A stretch of DNA of 64,000 bases from Collinsella sp. (GTDB taxonomy: Bacteria; Actinomycetota; Coriobacteriia; Coriobacteriales; Coriobacteriaceae). The position numbers and the translations under genes are program-made. Under the pieces are notes generated by a model that was not told where the DNA came from, did not search any database, and was given only the letters and a program-made list of their open reading frames with translations. Positions 31,869-42,192 of the stretch are shown piece by piece; position 1 is the stretch's first letter, and each line of letters starts with the position of its first letter. The stretch covers positions 17,543-81,542 of the forward strand of contig DBFDVR010000013.1 of assembly GCA_048321375.1 (NCBI GenBank), written 5' to 3'.

Positions 31869-33122
31869 ATGGCGCAGGAACACGATCTGTTTGATGACAT
31901 CATCGAAATCAGCAAGGGCTTGGATTTTTTTAAAGACCCGCTTGGCGGTGTGACCGACGCGCTCGATCCGTCGGCTCCCCAGTGGAATCCTGCTGACTAC
32001 AAGGAGCGCCCGCGCGGCAACACCATACCGTGTCTGGCTTGCAAGAACGAGAAGAGCGGCTGCACCGCGTGCATGGACGTGTGCCCGGTGAATGCCATTG
32101 AGATCGAGGAAGATGCTATCGAGATTCTCGACAGTTGCCGTAAGTGCGGTCTGTGCGCTGCTGCTTGCCCGACGGAGGCGATCATCTCCCCGCGCCTTGC
32201 ACCCAAAAACGTCTACGACGACATTGTCTCGGCGGCTACGAGCCACGAGACCGCCTACGTTACCTGCACGCGTGCCCTTAAGCGCATGCCGCGCGAGAAC
32301 GAGGTTGTTGTCGCCTGTGTGGGCGATATTACGGCCGAGACCTGGTTCTCGGTGCTGGCCGATTATCCCAATGTGAGCGTGTACCTGCCGCTGGGCGTGT
32401 GCGATAAGTGCCGTAACACCGGTGGCGAGGACATCCTGGGCGAGGCCATTGCTACCGCCGAGGAGTGGGCGGGCACGGGCATGGGTCTGGAGGTCGACCC
32501 CAAGAGCCTCAAGTGCCATAAGCGCCGCGAGTACGAGCGCAAGGAGTACATGGAGAAGATCGCCCGCACCACGGGCCTTACCGTGACCAAGCTCAACCCG
32601 GCAACGGCGGCGCTGGCCTCGGTGACGCAGAAGCTCAAAGCCCATCGCCATCAGATTACTCAGTTGGAGCGCACGCTCAACACCATGTGCGGTACCACGA
32701 CGACCAAGCGTCGCCGTTCGCTCACGCACGGGCGGCAGCTGGTGCTCTCGACGCTGCAAAACCATCCCGAGCTTGCCCAGAACATGCAGGTGAGCACGCC
32801 GGAATGCGATTTTGACAAGTGCACGTCGTGCGGCGAGTGCGTCAATGTATGCCCTACGTTCGCCTGCGATTTGGTGGGAAGCGGCCGCTTTGCGTTGGAG
32901 TCCACGTATTGCTTGGGCTGCGGTGCCTGCGTCAAGGTGTGCCCCGAGCATGCGCTCAAGTTGGTTGAGCATGACGCGTCCAATCTGGTCGTCGTCGATC
33001 CCGAAGCCGAGGAAAAGGCTGCCCAGAAGGCCAAAGCCCACGAAGAGGTCCAAAAGGCAAAAGCCGAGGCAAAGGCCAAGCTTGACAAGATGCTCGACCA
33101 GGTGGAAAAGCTCGCAGACTAG
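31869..33122 (+). CDS. Multi-4Fe-4S ferredoxin-domain protein
   Basis: Four CxxCxxCxxxCP-type motifs in two pairs; coiled-coil tail. Confidence 0.88.
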   Translation: MAQEHDLFDDIIEISKGLDFFKDPLGGVTDALDPSAPQWNPADYKERPRGNTIPCLACKNEKSGCTACMDVCPVNAIEIEEDAIEILDSCRKCGLCAAACPTEAIISPRLAPKNVYDDIVSAATSHETAYVTCTRALKRMPRENEVVVACVGDITAETWFSVLADYPNVSVYLPLGVCDKCRNTGGEDILGEAIATAEEWAGTGMGLEVDPKSLKCHKRREYERKEYMEKIARTTGLTVTKLNPATAALASVTQKLKAHRHQITQLERTLNTMCGTTTTKRRRSLTHGRQLVLSTLQNHPELAQNMQVSTPECDFDKCTSCGECVNVCPTFACDLVGSGRFALESTYCLGCGACVKVCPEHALKLVEHDASNLVVVDPEAEEKAAQKAKAHEEVQKAKAEAKAKLDKMLDQVEKLAD

Positions 33123-33236
33123 TCAGCGACCCCTATCTCTGCTTCATTCGTGCCGCCGTGGCGTCTGGGTTCGCCCAGATGCTGCGGCGGCGCTATACTT
33201 ATGCAGTTTGAAATGCTTGTACCAAAAGGAGCTGTC

Positions 33237-34313
33237 GTGTCCCTTTCCATCGGTATCGTGGGCCTGCCCAACGTGGGCAAGTCGACGTTGTTCACCGCGC
33301 TTACCAAAAAGACCGGCCTTGCCGCCAACTACCCGTTTGCCACAATCGACCCCAACGTGGGCATCGTCGATGTGCCCGATAGCCGCCTGCAAAAGCTCGC
33401 CGACATCGTTAACCCCGGCCGCATTGTGCCGGCTACGGTCGAGTTTGTCGACATCGCTGGCCTGGTGAAGGGTGCCAACGAGGGCGAGGGCCTGGGCAAC
33501 CAGTTCTTGGCAAACATCCGCGAGACCGATGCCATCTGCGAGGTCGTGCGCTACTTTAAGGACCCCAACGTCATGCGTGAGGTGGGCCGCACGGGCGAGT
33601 TCGTCGATCCCGCCGGCGATGCCGACACCATCATGACCGAGCTCATCCTGGCCGACATGGGCACGCTCGAGAAGCAGCTGCCCAAGCTCGAGAAGGAGGC
33701 CAAGCGCGACAAGGAACTCATGCCCAAGTTTGAGGTCGCCAAGCGTCTGCTTGCCTGGCTCAACGAGGGCAAGCGCGCCGCATCCATGGAGATGACCGAC
33801 GAGGAGCGTGCTGCCGCCAAGGGCCTGTTCCTGCTCACCATGAAGCCCATCCTATATGTCGCCAATGTAGACGAGGACATGCTCAACGAGGACCTGGCGC
33901 CCATCGATGGCGTCAAGCCGCTGCCTATCTGCGCCAAGATCGAGGCCGAGCTTTCCGAGCTCGATCCCGAGGACGCCGCCGACTACCTGGAGAGCCTGGG
34001 CCTGGAGCAGCCCGGCCTGGACGTGCTCGCTCAGGCTGCCTACAAGCTGCTCGGCCTGCAGTCGTTCTTTACGGCCGGCGAGATGGAGGTCAAGGCCTGG
34101 ACGGTTCGTCAGGGCGCGACCGCCCCGCAGGCCGCCGGTGTCATCCACACCGACTTTGAGCGCGGCTTTATTAAGGCCGAGGTTATTGGCTATGACGACT
34201 ACATCGAGCTCGGCGGCGAGCAGGGCGCCAAGGCCGCCGGCAAGCTGCGTATTGAGGGCAAGGACTATGTCATGGCCGATGGCGACGTCGTGCACTTCCG
34301 CTTTAACGTGTAA
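33237..34313 (+). CDS. ychF: Ribosome-binding ATPase YchF
   Basis: [38 protein letters not shown]. Confidence 0.97.
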   Translation: MSLSIGIVGLPNVGKSTLFTALTKKTGLAANYPFATIDPNVGIVDVPDSRLQKLADIVNPGRIVPATVEFVDIAGLVKGANEGEGLGNQFLANIRETDAICEVVRYFKDPNVMREVGRTGEFVDPAGDADTIMTELILADMGTLEKQLPKLEKEAKRDKELMPKFEVAKRLLAWLNEGKRAASMEMTDEERAAAKGLFLLTMKPILYVANVDEDMLNEDLAPIDGVKPLPICAKIEAELSELDPEDAADYLESLGLEQPGLDVLAQAAYKLLGLQSFFTAGEMEVKAWTVRQGATAPQAAGVIHTDFERGFIKAEVIGYDDYIELGGEQGAKAAGKLRIEGKDYVMADGDVVHFRFNV

Positions 34314-34324
34314 GGACGACGCAC

Positions 34325-34708
34325 ATGTTTAAATATGGAAAAAAAGCCGGCTACATGGGCATCGCGCTGCTGGTGCTTGCAGTGCTTCCGCTGGTGGTAG
34401 CGGCGTTTGTGATCCCCAACATTGGTCCCGAGGTGGCAACGAAGTTTAATGCCGCCGGCGAGGTGACGCGCTGGGGCAAGAGCTACGAGTTGCTGGCACT
34501 GCCGGTGCTCAACCTGCTGCTGGGCGTGGCGACGTACTTTACGGCGGGACGCCAGGCAAAGAACAACGAGGACTCCGCTGTGATGGCACGTCTTGCGTGC
34601 GAGCGCTACCTGCGTAACGGCTGCATCACGGGCGTGTTCCTCAACGTAATCAACGTCTACTTTATGTATTCGGCGATTACCGGAACGGGCTTTGGCTTTG
34701 GTTTCTAG
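34325..34708 (+). CDS. Membrane protein (DUF1648-like)
   Basis: Three hydrophobic helices; P.EVATKFNAAGEVTRWGK motif. Confidence 0.75.
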   Translation: MFKYGKKAGYMGIALLVLAVLPLVVAAFVIPNIGPEVATKFNAAGEVTRWGKSYELLALPVLNLLLGVATYFTAGRQAKNNEDSAVMARLACERYLRNGCITGVFLNVINVYFMYSAITGTGFGFGF

Positions 34709-34717
34709 CTTGTCCTT

Positions 34718-35107
34718 TTAGGCAACGAGCCTGCACGCATATTCAATGGCTGCTGCGAGGCCGCCGCTCGATCGTGGTTTAAAGACCATGTCGGCGGCGG
34801 CCTCGTTTTCGTATCCGGCGCCACGAAGGGCGAGTGCGATACCGGCTTCTAGAAGGAGCGGCAGGCCGCGTTGACTGGTTGCGATTACGGCAGCCTGATT
34901 GAGCGAGCAGCTGTGCGTTTGGCATTGAATGGCAAGTTCACCTTGCGCCGGGCAAGGGAGCAAAACGGCGGCGACGCGACTTGATAGCAATGCAAATGCT
35001 GTGCGCTCATCGGGCGAAAGGCATTCTGCTTCAACGACGACGAGCTTGGGCGGTGCGCTGTTTGTGCGAAGCGTGGCTCGGTACATGCGGACCGAAGAAC
35101 CCGACAT
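34718..35107 (-). CDS. Hypothetical protein resembling the C-terminal part of Cof-type HAD hydrolases
   Basis: AGGAG RBS before ATG at 35107; AGIALAL...AADMV....GGLAAAIE tail; no DxD motif. Confidence 0.6.
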   Translation of the reverse strand: MSGSSVRMYRATLRTNSAPPKLVVVEAECLSPDERTAFALLSSRVAAVLLPCPAQGELAIQCQTHSCSLNQAAVIATSQRGLPLLLEAGIALALRGAGYENEAAADMVFKPRSSGGLAAAIEYACRLVA

Positions 35108-35130
35108 AGAAAACTCCTGTGTATTCGGCA

Positions 35131-35154
35131 AAACGTAAACTATAGTTTACGTTT
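35131..35154. promoter_or_regulatory. Perfect 24-bp palindromic operator between divergent genes
   Basis: AAACGTAAACTATAGTTTACGTTT. Confidence 0.7.
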
Positions 35155-35183
35155 ATGTTCGGCTCCATTTCAAACTCGGCTGC

Positions 35184-35402
35184 ATGGACGAACGTGCGAA
35201 ACAGATTCTTGGCAGGCGGGTCGAAGAGACACGCAGGGACCTTGGTATCTCCAAGGTTGATTTTTGTGTGGCGACAGGAATCAGCCGACCCTACCTCGAC
35301 CGAATCGAAGATGGGACGGCAAATTTCACGCTCAAGGTTCTATTTAAGATCGCGCCCGCACTCGGCATGACGGTGTCAGAGCTTCTCGAGGGTATTGAAT
35401 AG
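35184..35402 (+). CDS. XRE-family HTH regulator
   Basis: LGRRV...GISRPYLDRIEDGTAN.TL..L.KIA.ALG. Confidence 0.88.
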   Translation: MDERAKQILGRRVEETRRDLGISKVDFCVATGISRPYLDRIEDGTANFTLKVLFKIAPALGMTVSELLEGIE

Positions 35403-35723
35403 GGCATTCCCCGCTGCTAATTGACGCTCTTTGGGCGGGTCCCCCTGGTTGCGATGTGCAAAATCGCGAGTATTCAGCACCTGTTCAGCCGTAGATGGTA
35501 GCTCGGGCGGCTGGCTTTGCCTTTTTGGCAGTAGTTAATCCACACGCTAAATAAAAATGTGGAATAAATATTTACTAGACGGCTCCTTCGTACTAAAAGT
35601 TCGTCTAACAATCGGCTGATTCTATGCCTCCGGCGGAGAAACTGCAGAATATTCCGTTTTTTGCACGGCCCGAGGGGGACTACCTGTCGTTTGGGGCTGC
35701 GATAAGCGGAACTGCCTTAGGGA

Positions 35724-36737
35724 TTACGCCATCGGGATGCGGTCGTGGTTGACTTGGCTGTAGAACAGGCGCTGGATCTCGGCGGCATCGCGTGACTGGC
35801 CGAGTGCCCACATGGTCTTGGCCACGAGCGTCTCGGTTGTCATGTCGTCGCCGCGCAGAATGCCCGGATGATCGGCGTAGGCACGGCCGACCTCATAAAC
35901 GCCCAGATCGAGGCCCTCTTCGGGGACCTGCGTGGTCATAACGACGGTGCGACCCGAATCGACCCAGCGGAAAATTGCCTCTTGGAACGACTCGCCCGAC
36001 TCGCCAAACTCGGGGATACCGCCAATGCCAAAGGTCTCAAGGATTACAGCATCGTAGCTATCGGCAAGGGCGTCGAGGATGCCCGGGTTTACGCCGGGCG
36101 TAAGCTTGAGGACAAATACGCGCGGATCGATGCTGTCGTAGAAACGCACCGGGTTTTCGCCCTGACGAGTGCCGTGGAGCCCGTTGCGCACGATGCGGTC
36201 GTTGCGGATATAGGCGATGGGCGGATAGTTGACGCTAATGAACGCGTTAAAGCTCATGGTGCGCTGCTTGCGGGCGCGCGTGCCGGCAATGGCGACGCCA
36301 CCAAACACAATCGAGACGTCGTGCGAGTGCTCGTCGAGCGCATAGAGCAGGCTCTGGTACAGATTGAGCTTGGCGTCGGTAAAGGGATTGCCCATGGGCT
36401 TTTGCGAGCCGGTGAGCACGATGGGCTTGGGGCTGTCCTGAATCAGGTAGGAAAGCGCTGCTGCGGTGTAGCTCATGGTGTCGGTGCCGTGCAGAATTAC
36501 GAAGCCGTCGTGGTCGGCATAACCCTCGACGATGACGTCGCGGATGCGCATCCAGTCGCTTGGGCGCATATTGGTGCTGTCGATGTTCATGGGCTGTACC
36601 ACGTCGAGCTCGCAGAGGCCCGAGATCTCGGGGACGCTCTGGGCGAGTTCCTCACCGGTCAGGGCGGGGGAGAGGCCGTTGCCGTCCTCGGTCGATGCGA
36701 TGGTGCCGCCCGTGGCGATGAGAAGGATGCGCTTCAT
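35724..36737 (-). CDS. ansA: L-asparaginase (cytoplasmic type)
   Basis: ATGGTIA, HGTDTM, TGSQ. Confidence 0.92.
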   Translation of the reverse strand: MKRILLIATGGTIASTEDGNGLSPALTGEELAQSVPEISGLCELDVVQPMNIDSTNMRPSDWMRIRDVIVEGYADHDGFVILHGTDTMSYTAAALSYLIQDSPKPIVLTGSQKPMGNPFTDAKLNLYQSLLYALDEHSHDVSIVFGGVAIAGTRARKQRTMSFNAFISVNYPPIAYIRNDRIVRNGLHGTRQGENPVRFYDSIDPRVFVLKLTPGVNPGILDALADSYDAVILETFGIGGIPEFGESGESFQEAIFRWVDSGRTVVMTTQVPEEGLDLGVYEVGRAYADHPGILRGDDMTTETLVAKTMWALGQSRDAAEIQRLFYSQVNHDRIPMA

Positions 36738-37004
36738 GCTGGTATTCCTATCGTATTTGCCGCCGCAAGGGCGGAGTCGTTCGGCAGTATTGTGGCACAG
36801 GGCGAGGAATGTTCAAACGTATTACATCATCGGTAACGCTTGGTAACACTTCAATTGCCGTCAAATAGGGGCCCAGGTCGTGCGTTTGCCGTGCGCTGAT
36901 GGCTGCGAGGGACGAGAAACCCCATATAACGTGTACACTATGGAGGTTATTTTCGTTCATTCACGCGGGTGGGCACCGGCTCCCCGCCAACAAGAGGGGG
37001 AACC

Positions 37005-38603
37005 ATGGATCAAAAGGCTTCCGCAAAGGTCCTCGTACTCGACTTTGGTGCGCAGTACGGTCAGCTCATTGCCCGTCGCGTCCGCGACCTCAACGTGTAT
37101 TCTGAGATTGTCCCCTGCGACATCTCGGCCGACGAGATTCGCGATATGAACGCCTCCGCGCTCATCCTTTCTGGCGGCCCGGCCTCCGTGTACGCCGAGG
37201 ACGCTCCGTCCATCGACCCTGCCATCTTTGACCTGGGCCTTCCCGTCCTGGGCTTTTGCTACGGCCATCAGATCACGGCCGTGACGCTCGGCGGCAAGGT
37301 CGGCCACTCCGAGGTGGGCGAGTACGGCCGCGCCACCATCACGCGCACGGCCGGCGCCAAGCTCTTTAACTCCACGCCCATGGAGCAGACTGTGTGGATG
37401 AGCCATCGCGACGCCGTTTCCGAGGTGCCCGAGGGCTTTACCGTTACCGCCAGCACCGACGTGTGCCCGGTTGCTGCCATGGAGTGCCCCGAGCGCAAGA
37501 TTTTCACCACGCAGTTCCACCCCGAGGTCAAGCACTCCGAGTATGGTCAGCAGCTGCTGAGCAACTTCCTGTTTGAGATCTGCGGCCTGGAGCCCAACTG
37601 GAGCATGGACAACCTGGTCGAGACCATGACGGCCGAGTTCCGCGAGAAGGTCGGCAACGACCGCGTGATTCTGGCCCTGTCCGGCGGCGTCGACTCCTCC
37701 GTCGTGGCCGCGCTGGGCGCCCGCGCCGTGGGCAAGCAGATGACGTGCGTGTTCATCAACCACGGCCTGCTGCGTAAGGGCGAGCCCGAGCAGGTGGAGG
37801 AGGTCTTCACCAAGCAGTTTGACGTCGACTTTATCCACGTTCACGCCGAGGACCGTTATGCCGAGCTTCTGGCCGGCGTGACCGAGCCCGAGGAGAAGCG
37901 CCGCATCATCGGTACGCAGTTCTGGAAAGAGTTCTTCGCCGTGGCGCAGCAGCTCGAGACCGATGGCAAGCCGGTCAAGTACCTGGCTCAGGGCACCATC
38001 TACCCCGACATCATCGAGTCCGGCGCTCGCAAGACGGGCGGTAAGACGGCAACCATCAAGAGCCATCACAACCTGATCCCGTTCCCCGAGGGCGTGCACT
38101 TCGACCTCATTGAGCCGCTCGACCACTTCTTTAAGGACGAGGTCCGCGCGCTTGGTCTGGCGCTCGGCCTGCCGGGTCACATCGTGTTCCGTCAGCCCTT
38201 CCCGGGCCCGGGTCTGGCCATCCGCATCATCGGCGCGGTCGATAGGGAGAAGCTCGAGATCCTCAAGAACGCCGACGCCATCGTGCGTGAGGAGCTCGAT
38301 GCCTACAACCAGCGCCTGTTTGAGCAGACCGGCGAGCGCAACTCCGAGCACAGCTGCTGGCAGTACTTTGCGGTTCTGCCCGACATTAAGTCCGTCGGCG
38401 TTATGGGCGATGAGCGCACCTACCAGCGCCCGATCATCCTGCGAGCCGTCGAGTCCAGCGATGCCATGACCGCCGACTGGGCCAAGCTGCCCTACGACGT
38501 GCTTGCCCGCATCTCCGGCCGCATCGTTGCCGAGGTTCCCGGCGCCAACCGCGTGTGCTACGACATCACGTCCAAGCCGCCCGCGACAATCGAGTGGGAG
38601 TAA
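37005..38603 (+). CDS. guaA: GMP synthase (glutamine-hydrolysing)
   Basis: DFGAQY, FCYG, QFHPEV, SGGVDS, KPPATIEWE. Confidence 0.98.
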   Translation: MDQKASAKVLVLDFGAQYGQLIARRVRDLNVYSEIVPCDISADEIRDMNASALILSGGPASVYAEDAPSIDPAIFDLGLPVLGFCYGHQITAVTLGGKVGHSEVGEYGRATITRTAGAKLFNSTPMEQTVWMSHRDAVSEVPEGFTVTASTDVCPVAAMECPERKIFTTQFHPEVKHSEYGQQLLSNFLFEICGLEPNWSMDNLVETMTAEFREKVGNDRVILALSGGVDSSVVAALGARAVGKQMTCVFINHGLLRKGEPEQVEEVFTKQFDVDFIHVHAEDRYAELLAGVTEPEEKRRIIGTQFWKEFFAVAQQLETDGKPVKYLAQGTIYPDIIESGARKTGGKTATIKSHHNLIPFPEGVHFDLIEPLDHFFKDEVRALGLALGLPGHIVFRQPFPGPGLAIRIIGAVDREKLEILKNADAIVREELDAYNQRLFEQTGERNSEHSCWQYFAVLPDIKSVGVMGDERTYQRPIILRAVESSDAMTADWAKLPYDVLARISGRIVAEVPGANRVCYDITSKPPATIEWE

Positions 38604-38713
38604 GCAGGGCTTTGACCTGCACTTTTGAGTGCCGCACTGTGCCGCTGAGTCTCGTTTCGGACGAGAGTCACGGCAAAGCCGCCAGCGACGGCGGTGAGTA
38701 AAAACGATTTCCT

Positions 38714-38750
38714 AGCCTCTGTTCCCTCGTTGGAACGGAGGCTTTTTCTT
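38714..38750 (+). terminator. Terminator after guaA
   Basis: AGCCTCTGTTCC...GGAACGGAGGCT followed by a T run. Confidence 0.75.
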
Positions 38751-38860
38751 TGTCGTTTTACTCCCCTTCACCTGCGATTTCGCTATTTACTCCCCGTATT
38801 TCAAGATGGAAGCGTTTGATTGCGAGGCACGCCGGTGTGAGGGCCTGAGTCGTTAGGCCC

Positions 38861-40288
38861 TCACAGGGGGACCGCGATGGTGGCCACCGCGCCGCCCGAG
38901 GGGCTGTTGGCGAGCGAGACGGAGCCCCCGTGGGCGCTTGCGGCCTCGGAGGCGGCGTGGAGGCCGAGCCCGTAGTGGCGGCCTCCATCGCGCGAGGAGC
39001 GGGAGGAGTCGTCTGTGAAGAGGCGCTCACAGCCGTGTTCGAGGGCGGCGGGAGAGAAGCCCGGTCCGTCGTCGGCCACCTCGATGACGAGGTGTCCGCC
39101 CGCGACGTCGCAGGAGACCGCCACGCGCGAGTGCGCGTGCTCGGCGGCGTTGGCCACGAGGTTCGCGGCGGCTCGCGCCAGGGCGGTTCGGTCGAACGGG
39201 GCCTCGGGCGCGCCCGCGACAGCAGGGCCCGTGGCCGCGTCGAGCGTCACGCCTCGCGCCCGGGCGATCTGGGCGGCCTCGGCGAGGACCTGCTCGCAGA
39301 GCTCGGCCGGCCGCATGGGGGCCCTCTCAGCCCCGCCGGACCCGCGCGAGGCCTCGATGAGCAGGCGCACGTAGCCGTCGAGCCTTTCGACACTGCCGGC
39401 TATGTCGCGCGCGGCGGCCGCGAGGTCGGCGTCTTTCTTGTCTTCCAGCTCCTCCGCCACGAAGTCGGCGTTGGCGCGCAGCACGGTGAGCGGCGTCTTG
39501 AGGTCGTGGGCGAGCGACGCCACTTGCTCGCGCTGCCCCCGCTCCGCGGCCCAGCGGGCCTCGAGCGACTCGGCGAGGGAGGTCCGCATGGCGTCCATCG
39601 CGGCGAGGACGTCGTTCACCTCGCGCACGTTGGTGCTGCCGACCGCGAAGTCGAGCTCCCCCGCGCCGACGCGCCCCGCCGCCTCCGCGAGCGGCGCCAT
39701 CTTGCGCGAGATCACGCGGCTCGCACGGCGCGCCACGAGCGCGAGCGCGAGCGCGCTTCCCGCAGCGGCGCCGACGAGCATGAGGTTCTGCGGGTTGGGA
39801 AGCAGGCCGGCGAGGTCGCGCGAGACCCACTGCGGCAGGTACTCGCTGACGAGTGCGCAGGCCCCGCCGCCCTTGAGTGGGAACGCGGCGTAGGTGAGGC
39901 CCGAGCCCCCGCCCTCAATCTCCACTGTGCCCGGATCCGCGGAGAGTGCCGCACGGGCCATTTCCGTCGCGTCCTCGAGCCGCGTGCCCTCGAGGTCTGT
40001 CATCAGCACGTATCCGTCCTTATTCAGGATGAGGTAGCGGTACGCCGTCGGCACGTCCTGCTGCCCGCAGACGCCGTCGCGTGCCAGGCCCTCCGCGACC
40101 TCGCGCGCATTGGCCGGCCCCCAGCTTGCCTCGTAGACGAAGCCCGCGTTGATCGCCGCGGAGAGCGCCATGAACGCGGCGAGCCACGCCGTGGCGACCG
40201 CCGCGAACGCGTAGGCGAAGTAGCGCGCGATGACGAAGGAGAGCGGCATGCCCCCGCGACCTCGCGCCCCGGTCCTCAGAGCTGCCAC
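38861..40288 (-). CDS. Sensor histidine kinase (HAMP), SpaK/NisK-like
   Basis: Two TM segments, AHDLKTPL, NLVANA, DDGPGF, HYGLGL; start could instead be 40249. Confidence 0.92.
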   Translation of the reverse strand: MAALRTGARGRGGMPLSFVIARYFAYAFAAVATAWLAAFMALSAAINAGFVYEASWGPANAREVAEGLARDGVCGQQDVPTAYRYLILNKDGYVLMTDLEGTRLEDATEMARAALSADPGTVEIEGGGSGLTYAAFPLKGGGACALVSEYLPQWVSRDLAGLLPNPQNLMLVGAAAGSALALALVARRASRVISRKMAPLAEAAGRVGAGELDFAVGSTNVREVNDVLAAMDAMRTSLAESLEARWAAERGQREQVASLAHDLKTPLTVLRANADFVAEELEDKKDADLAAAARDIAGSVERLDGYVRLLIEASRGSGGAERAPMRPAELCEQVLAEAAQIARARGVTLDAATGPAVAGAPEAPFDRTALARAAANLVANAAEHAHSRVAVSCDVAGGHLVIEVADDGPGFSPAALEHGCERLFTDDSSRSSRDGGRHYGLGLHAASEAASAHGGSVSLANSPSGGAVATIAVPL

Positions 40289-40938
40289 TTGTACCCCATC
40301 CCCCAGACGGTCGCGATCGGATCGGCGCCGGCCTCGGAGAGTTTCCTCCGGGCGCGGCTGACCTGCATGGATATGGCCGCGCCGCTGGCGTCGCTCTCCC
40401 AGCCGAGCACCGCCTCGCGTATCTGTGCGCGGCTCATGACCTGCCCGGGGTGGCGGGCGAGGTACTCGCAGATGGCGTACTCGGTGGGCGTGAGCGGCAC
40501 GGCCTCGTCGCCCACGGCGAGGCCGTGCGCCCCGAGGTCGATCCGCACCTCCCCGAAGGAGAGGGCGTGCGAGCGCGGCCGGCGCTCACGGCGTAGATGG
40601 GCCGCGACCTTGGCGCGCAGCTCCGCGGCCCCGAAGGGCTTGCGGACGTAGTCGTCGGCGCCCAGGCCGTAGCCGGCCACGGCGTCCTCCTCGGCCACGC
40701 GCGCGGTCAGGAAGATGATGGGCCCGTCGAAGTCCGGGCGGATCTGCCGCACGAGCTCGAAGCCGTCGAGCCCCGGCATCATGACGTCGCAGAGCACGAG
40801 GTCGAAGCGCGAGAGGTCCATCTCCAGGACCGCCGTCGGGTCCGCTGCCTTGACGACCTCATGGCCGTCGCGGCCGAGGACGCGCGCGAGCGCGTCGAGG
40901 ATCGCCCGTTCATCATCCACTGCCAGTATCCTCGCCAT
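40276..40938 (-). CDS. OmpR-family response regulator
   Basis: LAVDDE, DVMMPGLDG, KPF, TVWGMGY; AGGAGG RBS. Confidence 0.95.
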   Translation of the reverse strand: MARILAVDDERAILDALARVLGRDGHEVVKAADPTAVLEMDLSRFDLVLCDVMMPGLDGFELVRQIRPDFDGPIIFLTARVAEEDAVAGYGLGADDYVRKPFGAAELRAKVAAHLRRERRPRSHALSFGEVRIDLGAHGLAVGDEAVPLTPTEYAICEYLARHPGQVMSRAQIREAVLGWESDASGAAISMQVSRARRKLSEAGADPIATVWGMGYKWQL

Positions 40939-40982
40939 GTTCGACCTCCTGAAACTCCCGTTGCATTGTACTTGCGCCGCGC

Positions 40983-41384
40983 TCAGCGGTCCAGAGCCCC
41001 GCGCGCAGCCGCGGGCGCCTCGGCCGCGTCGCACGCGCGGTAGCGCACGCCCGAGCCGCCGCGCGCCTCGATCTCGAGCCAGCCCTCGCCGTTCGACTCC
41101 CGTCCGAAGAAGATGAGCTGGAGCTCTCGGACATTGCCCCTGTCGTCCGCCGCGTCCACCAGGTAGACGTAGTTCGCCCCCGCCCCGGTGGCGTCGGCGT
41201 AGGAGCTCGCGTGGCTGCCGGGCTCGGGCGCGGGCGCCCACATGGTGATCTCAGGGTTGGGCAGCACGCGGTCGGCGATCGAGCGCAGCGCCGACCCCCA
41301 GCCGGCGTCGAGCAGGGCATTCCCGCCCAGGACGAGCGCTGCGGAGAGGAGGACGAGCACGGCGGCGAGCGGCCTCCTACTCAT
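40983..41384 (-). CDS. YxeA-like exported protein
   Basis: Signal-like N-terminus; Y.Y...A.DDRG..REL motif; overlaps the permease stop. Confidence 0.7.
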   Translation of the reverse strand: MSRRPLAAVLVLLSAALVLGGNALLDAGWGSALRSIADRVLPNPEITMWAPAPEPGSHASSYADATGAGANYVYLVDAADDRGNVRELQLIFFGRESNGEGWLEIEARGGSGVRYRACDAAEAPAAARGALDR

Positions 41385-42192
41385 CTGCCCTCCCGTCCTC
41401 GAAGCGGCAGAACCAGGCCAGAAGGACGGCGTCGGCTGCCAGGGCGAGCACGAGGCCAGCGAGCGCAGTCGTGAGGAGAGGGCCCGCCGCGCGTGCTGCG
41501 TCGATGAAGGCCTCCACCCCGAGCGACCCCAGGCGCGCGGGCCAGGCGAGCGGCACCCAGCTCAGGGGCGTCGCCAGGGCACCGGTGAGCTCGCCGGTCA
41601 TGAGGCCGTGCGCAAGTCCGCCCACTGAGAAGAACGCGAGGAGCATACCCGCCGCGCCGGCGCCGATGGCGGCGTTGCGGCCGAGGCGCAGGGCCACGCC
41701 GAGCCCCAGCGCGTAGAGGGGCAGGCTGCCCAGCACGATGCCCGCCCAGGCGGCCGCAAGCGGAGCGGGCCCGAGCGGCAGGCGCCCGGCGACGGAGAGC
41801 ACGGCCCCGAACACGCCGAGCGCCACGGCCAGCGCGCCCGCGCCGAGCGCCGCAAGGGCGAGTAGCTTCGCCGCGACGGCGCGCCCGCGCGAGGGGACCG
41901 CCGTGAGGTTGGCGAGGCGCCCGGCAGCGCGCTCGTCGTCCACGGCGAGCCCGCAGACGATGGCGGACATGAGCGGCATGAGGGCGCCGAGGAACTGGGC
42001 GTAGGCGTCCGCGCCCAGCGCCGGGTCCCATCGGGTAACGGAGAAGTACTCGCCGCAGGCAAGACCGGCCGCCAGGCCGCAGACGAGGTGCACCGCCGTG
42101 AGCGGGGAGCGCGCCAGGCGCAGGGCCTCGGAGAGCAGGGCCCGCGGGAGAGTCATGCGCGGCGTCGGGTCGGAGAGTCGTGTCATGGCCAT
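41377..42192 (-). CDS. Lantibiotic immunity ABC permease (LanG/MutG-like)
   Basis: Six hydrophobic segments; ERAAG.L.NL; WVPLAWPARL. Confidence 0.85.
   Translation of the reverse strand: MAMTRLSDPTPRMTLPRALLSEALRLARSPLTAVHLVCGLAAGLACGEYFSVTRWDPALGADAYAQFLGALMPLMSAIVCGLAVDDERAAGRLANLTAVPSRGRAVAAKLLALAALGAGALAVALGVFGAVLSVAGRLPLGPAPLAAAWAGIVLGSLPLYALGLGVALRLGRNAAIGAGAAGMLLAFFSVGGLAHGLMTGELTGALATPLSWVPLAWPARLGSLGVEAFIDAARAAGPLLTTALAGLVLALAADAVLLAWFCRFEDGRADE

Noticed and set aside
39865..39873. Extra GAGTGGGA as an att site
   Set aside because: It lies inside the intact kinase gene with no stop or terminator context; likely chance.
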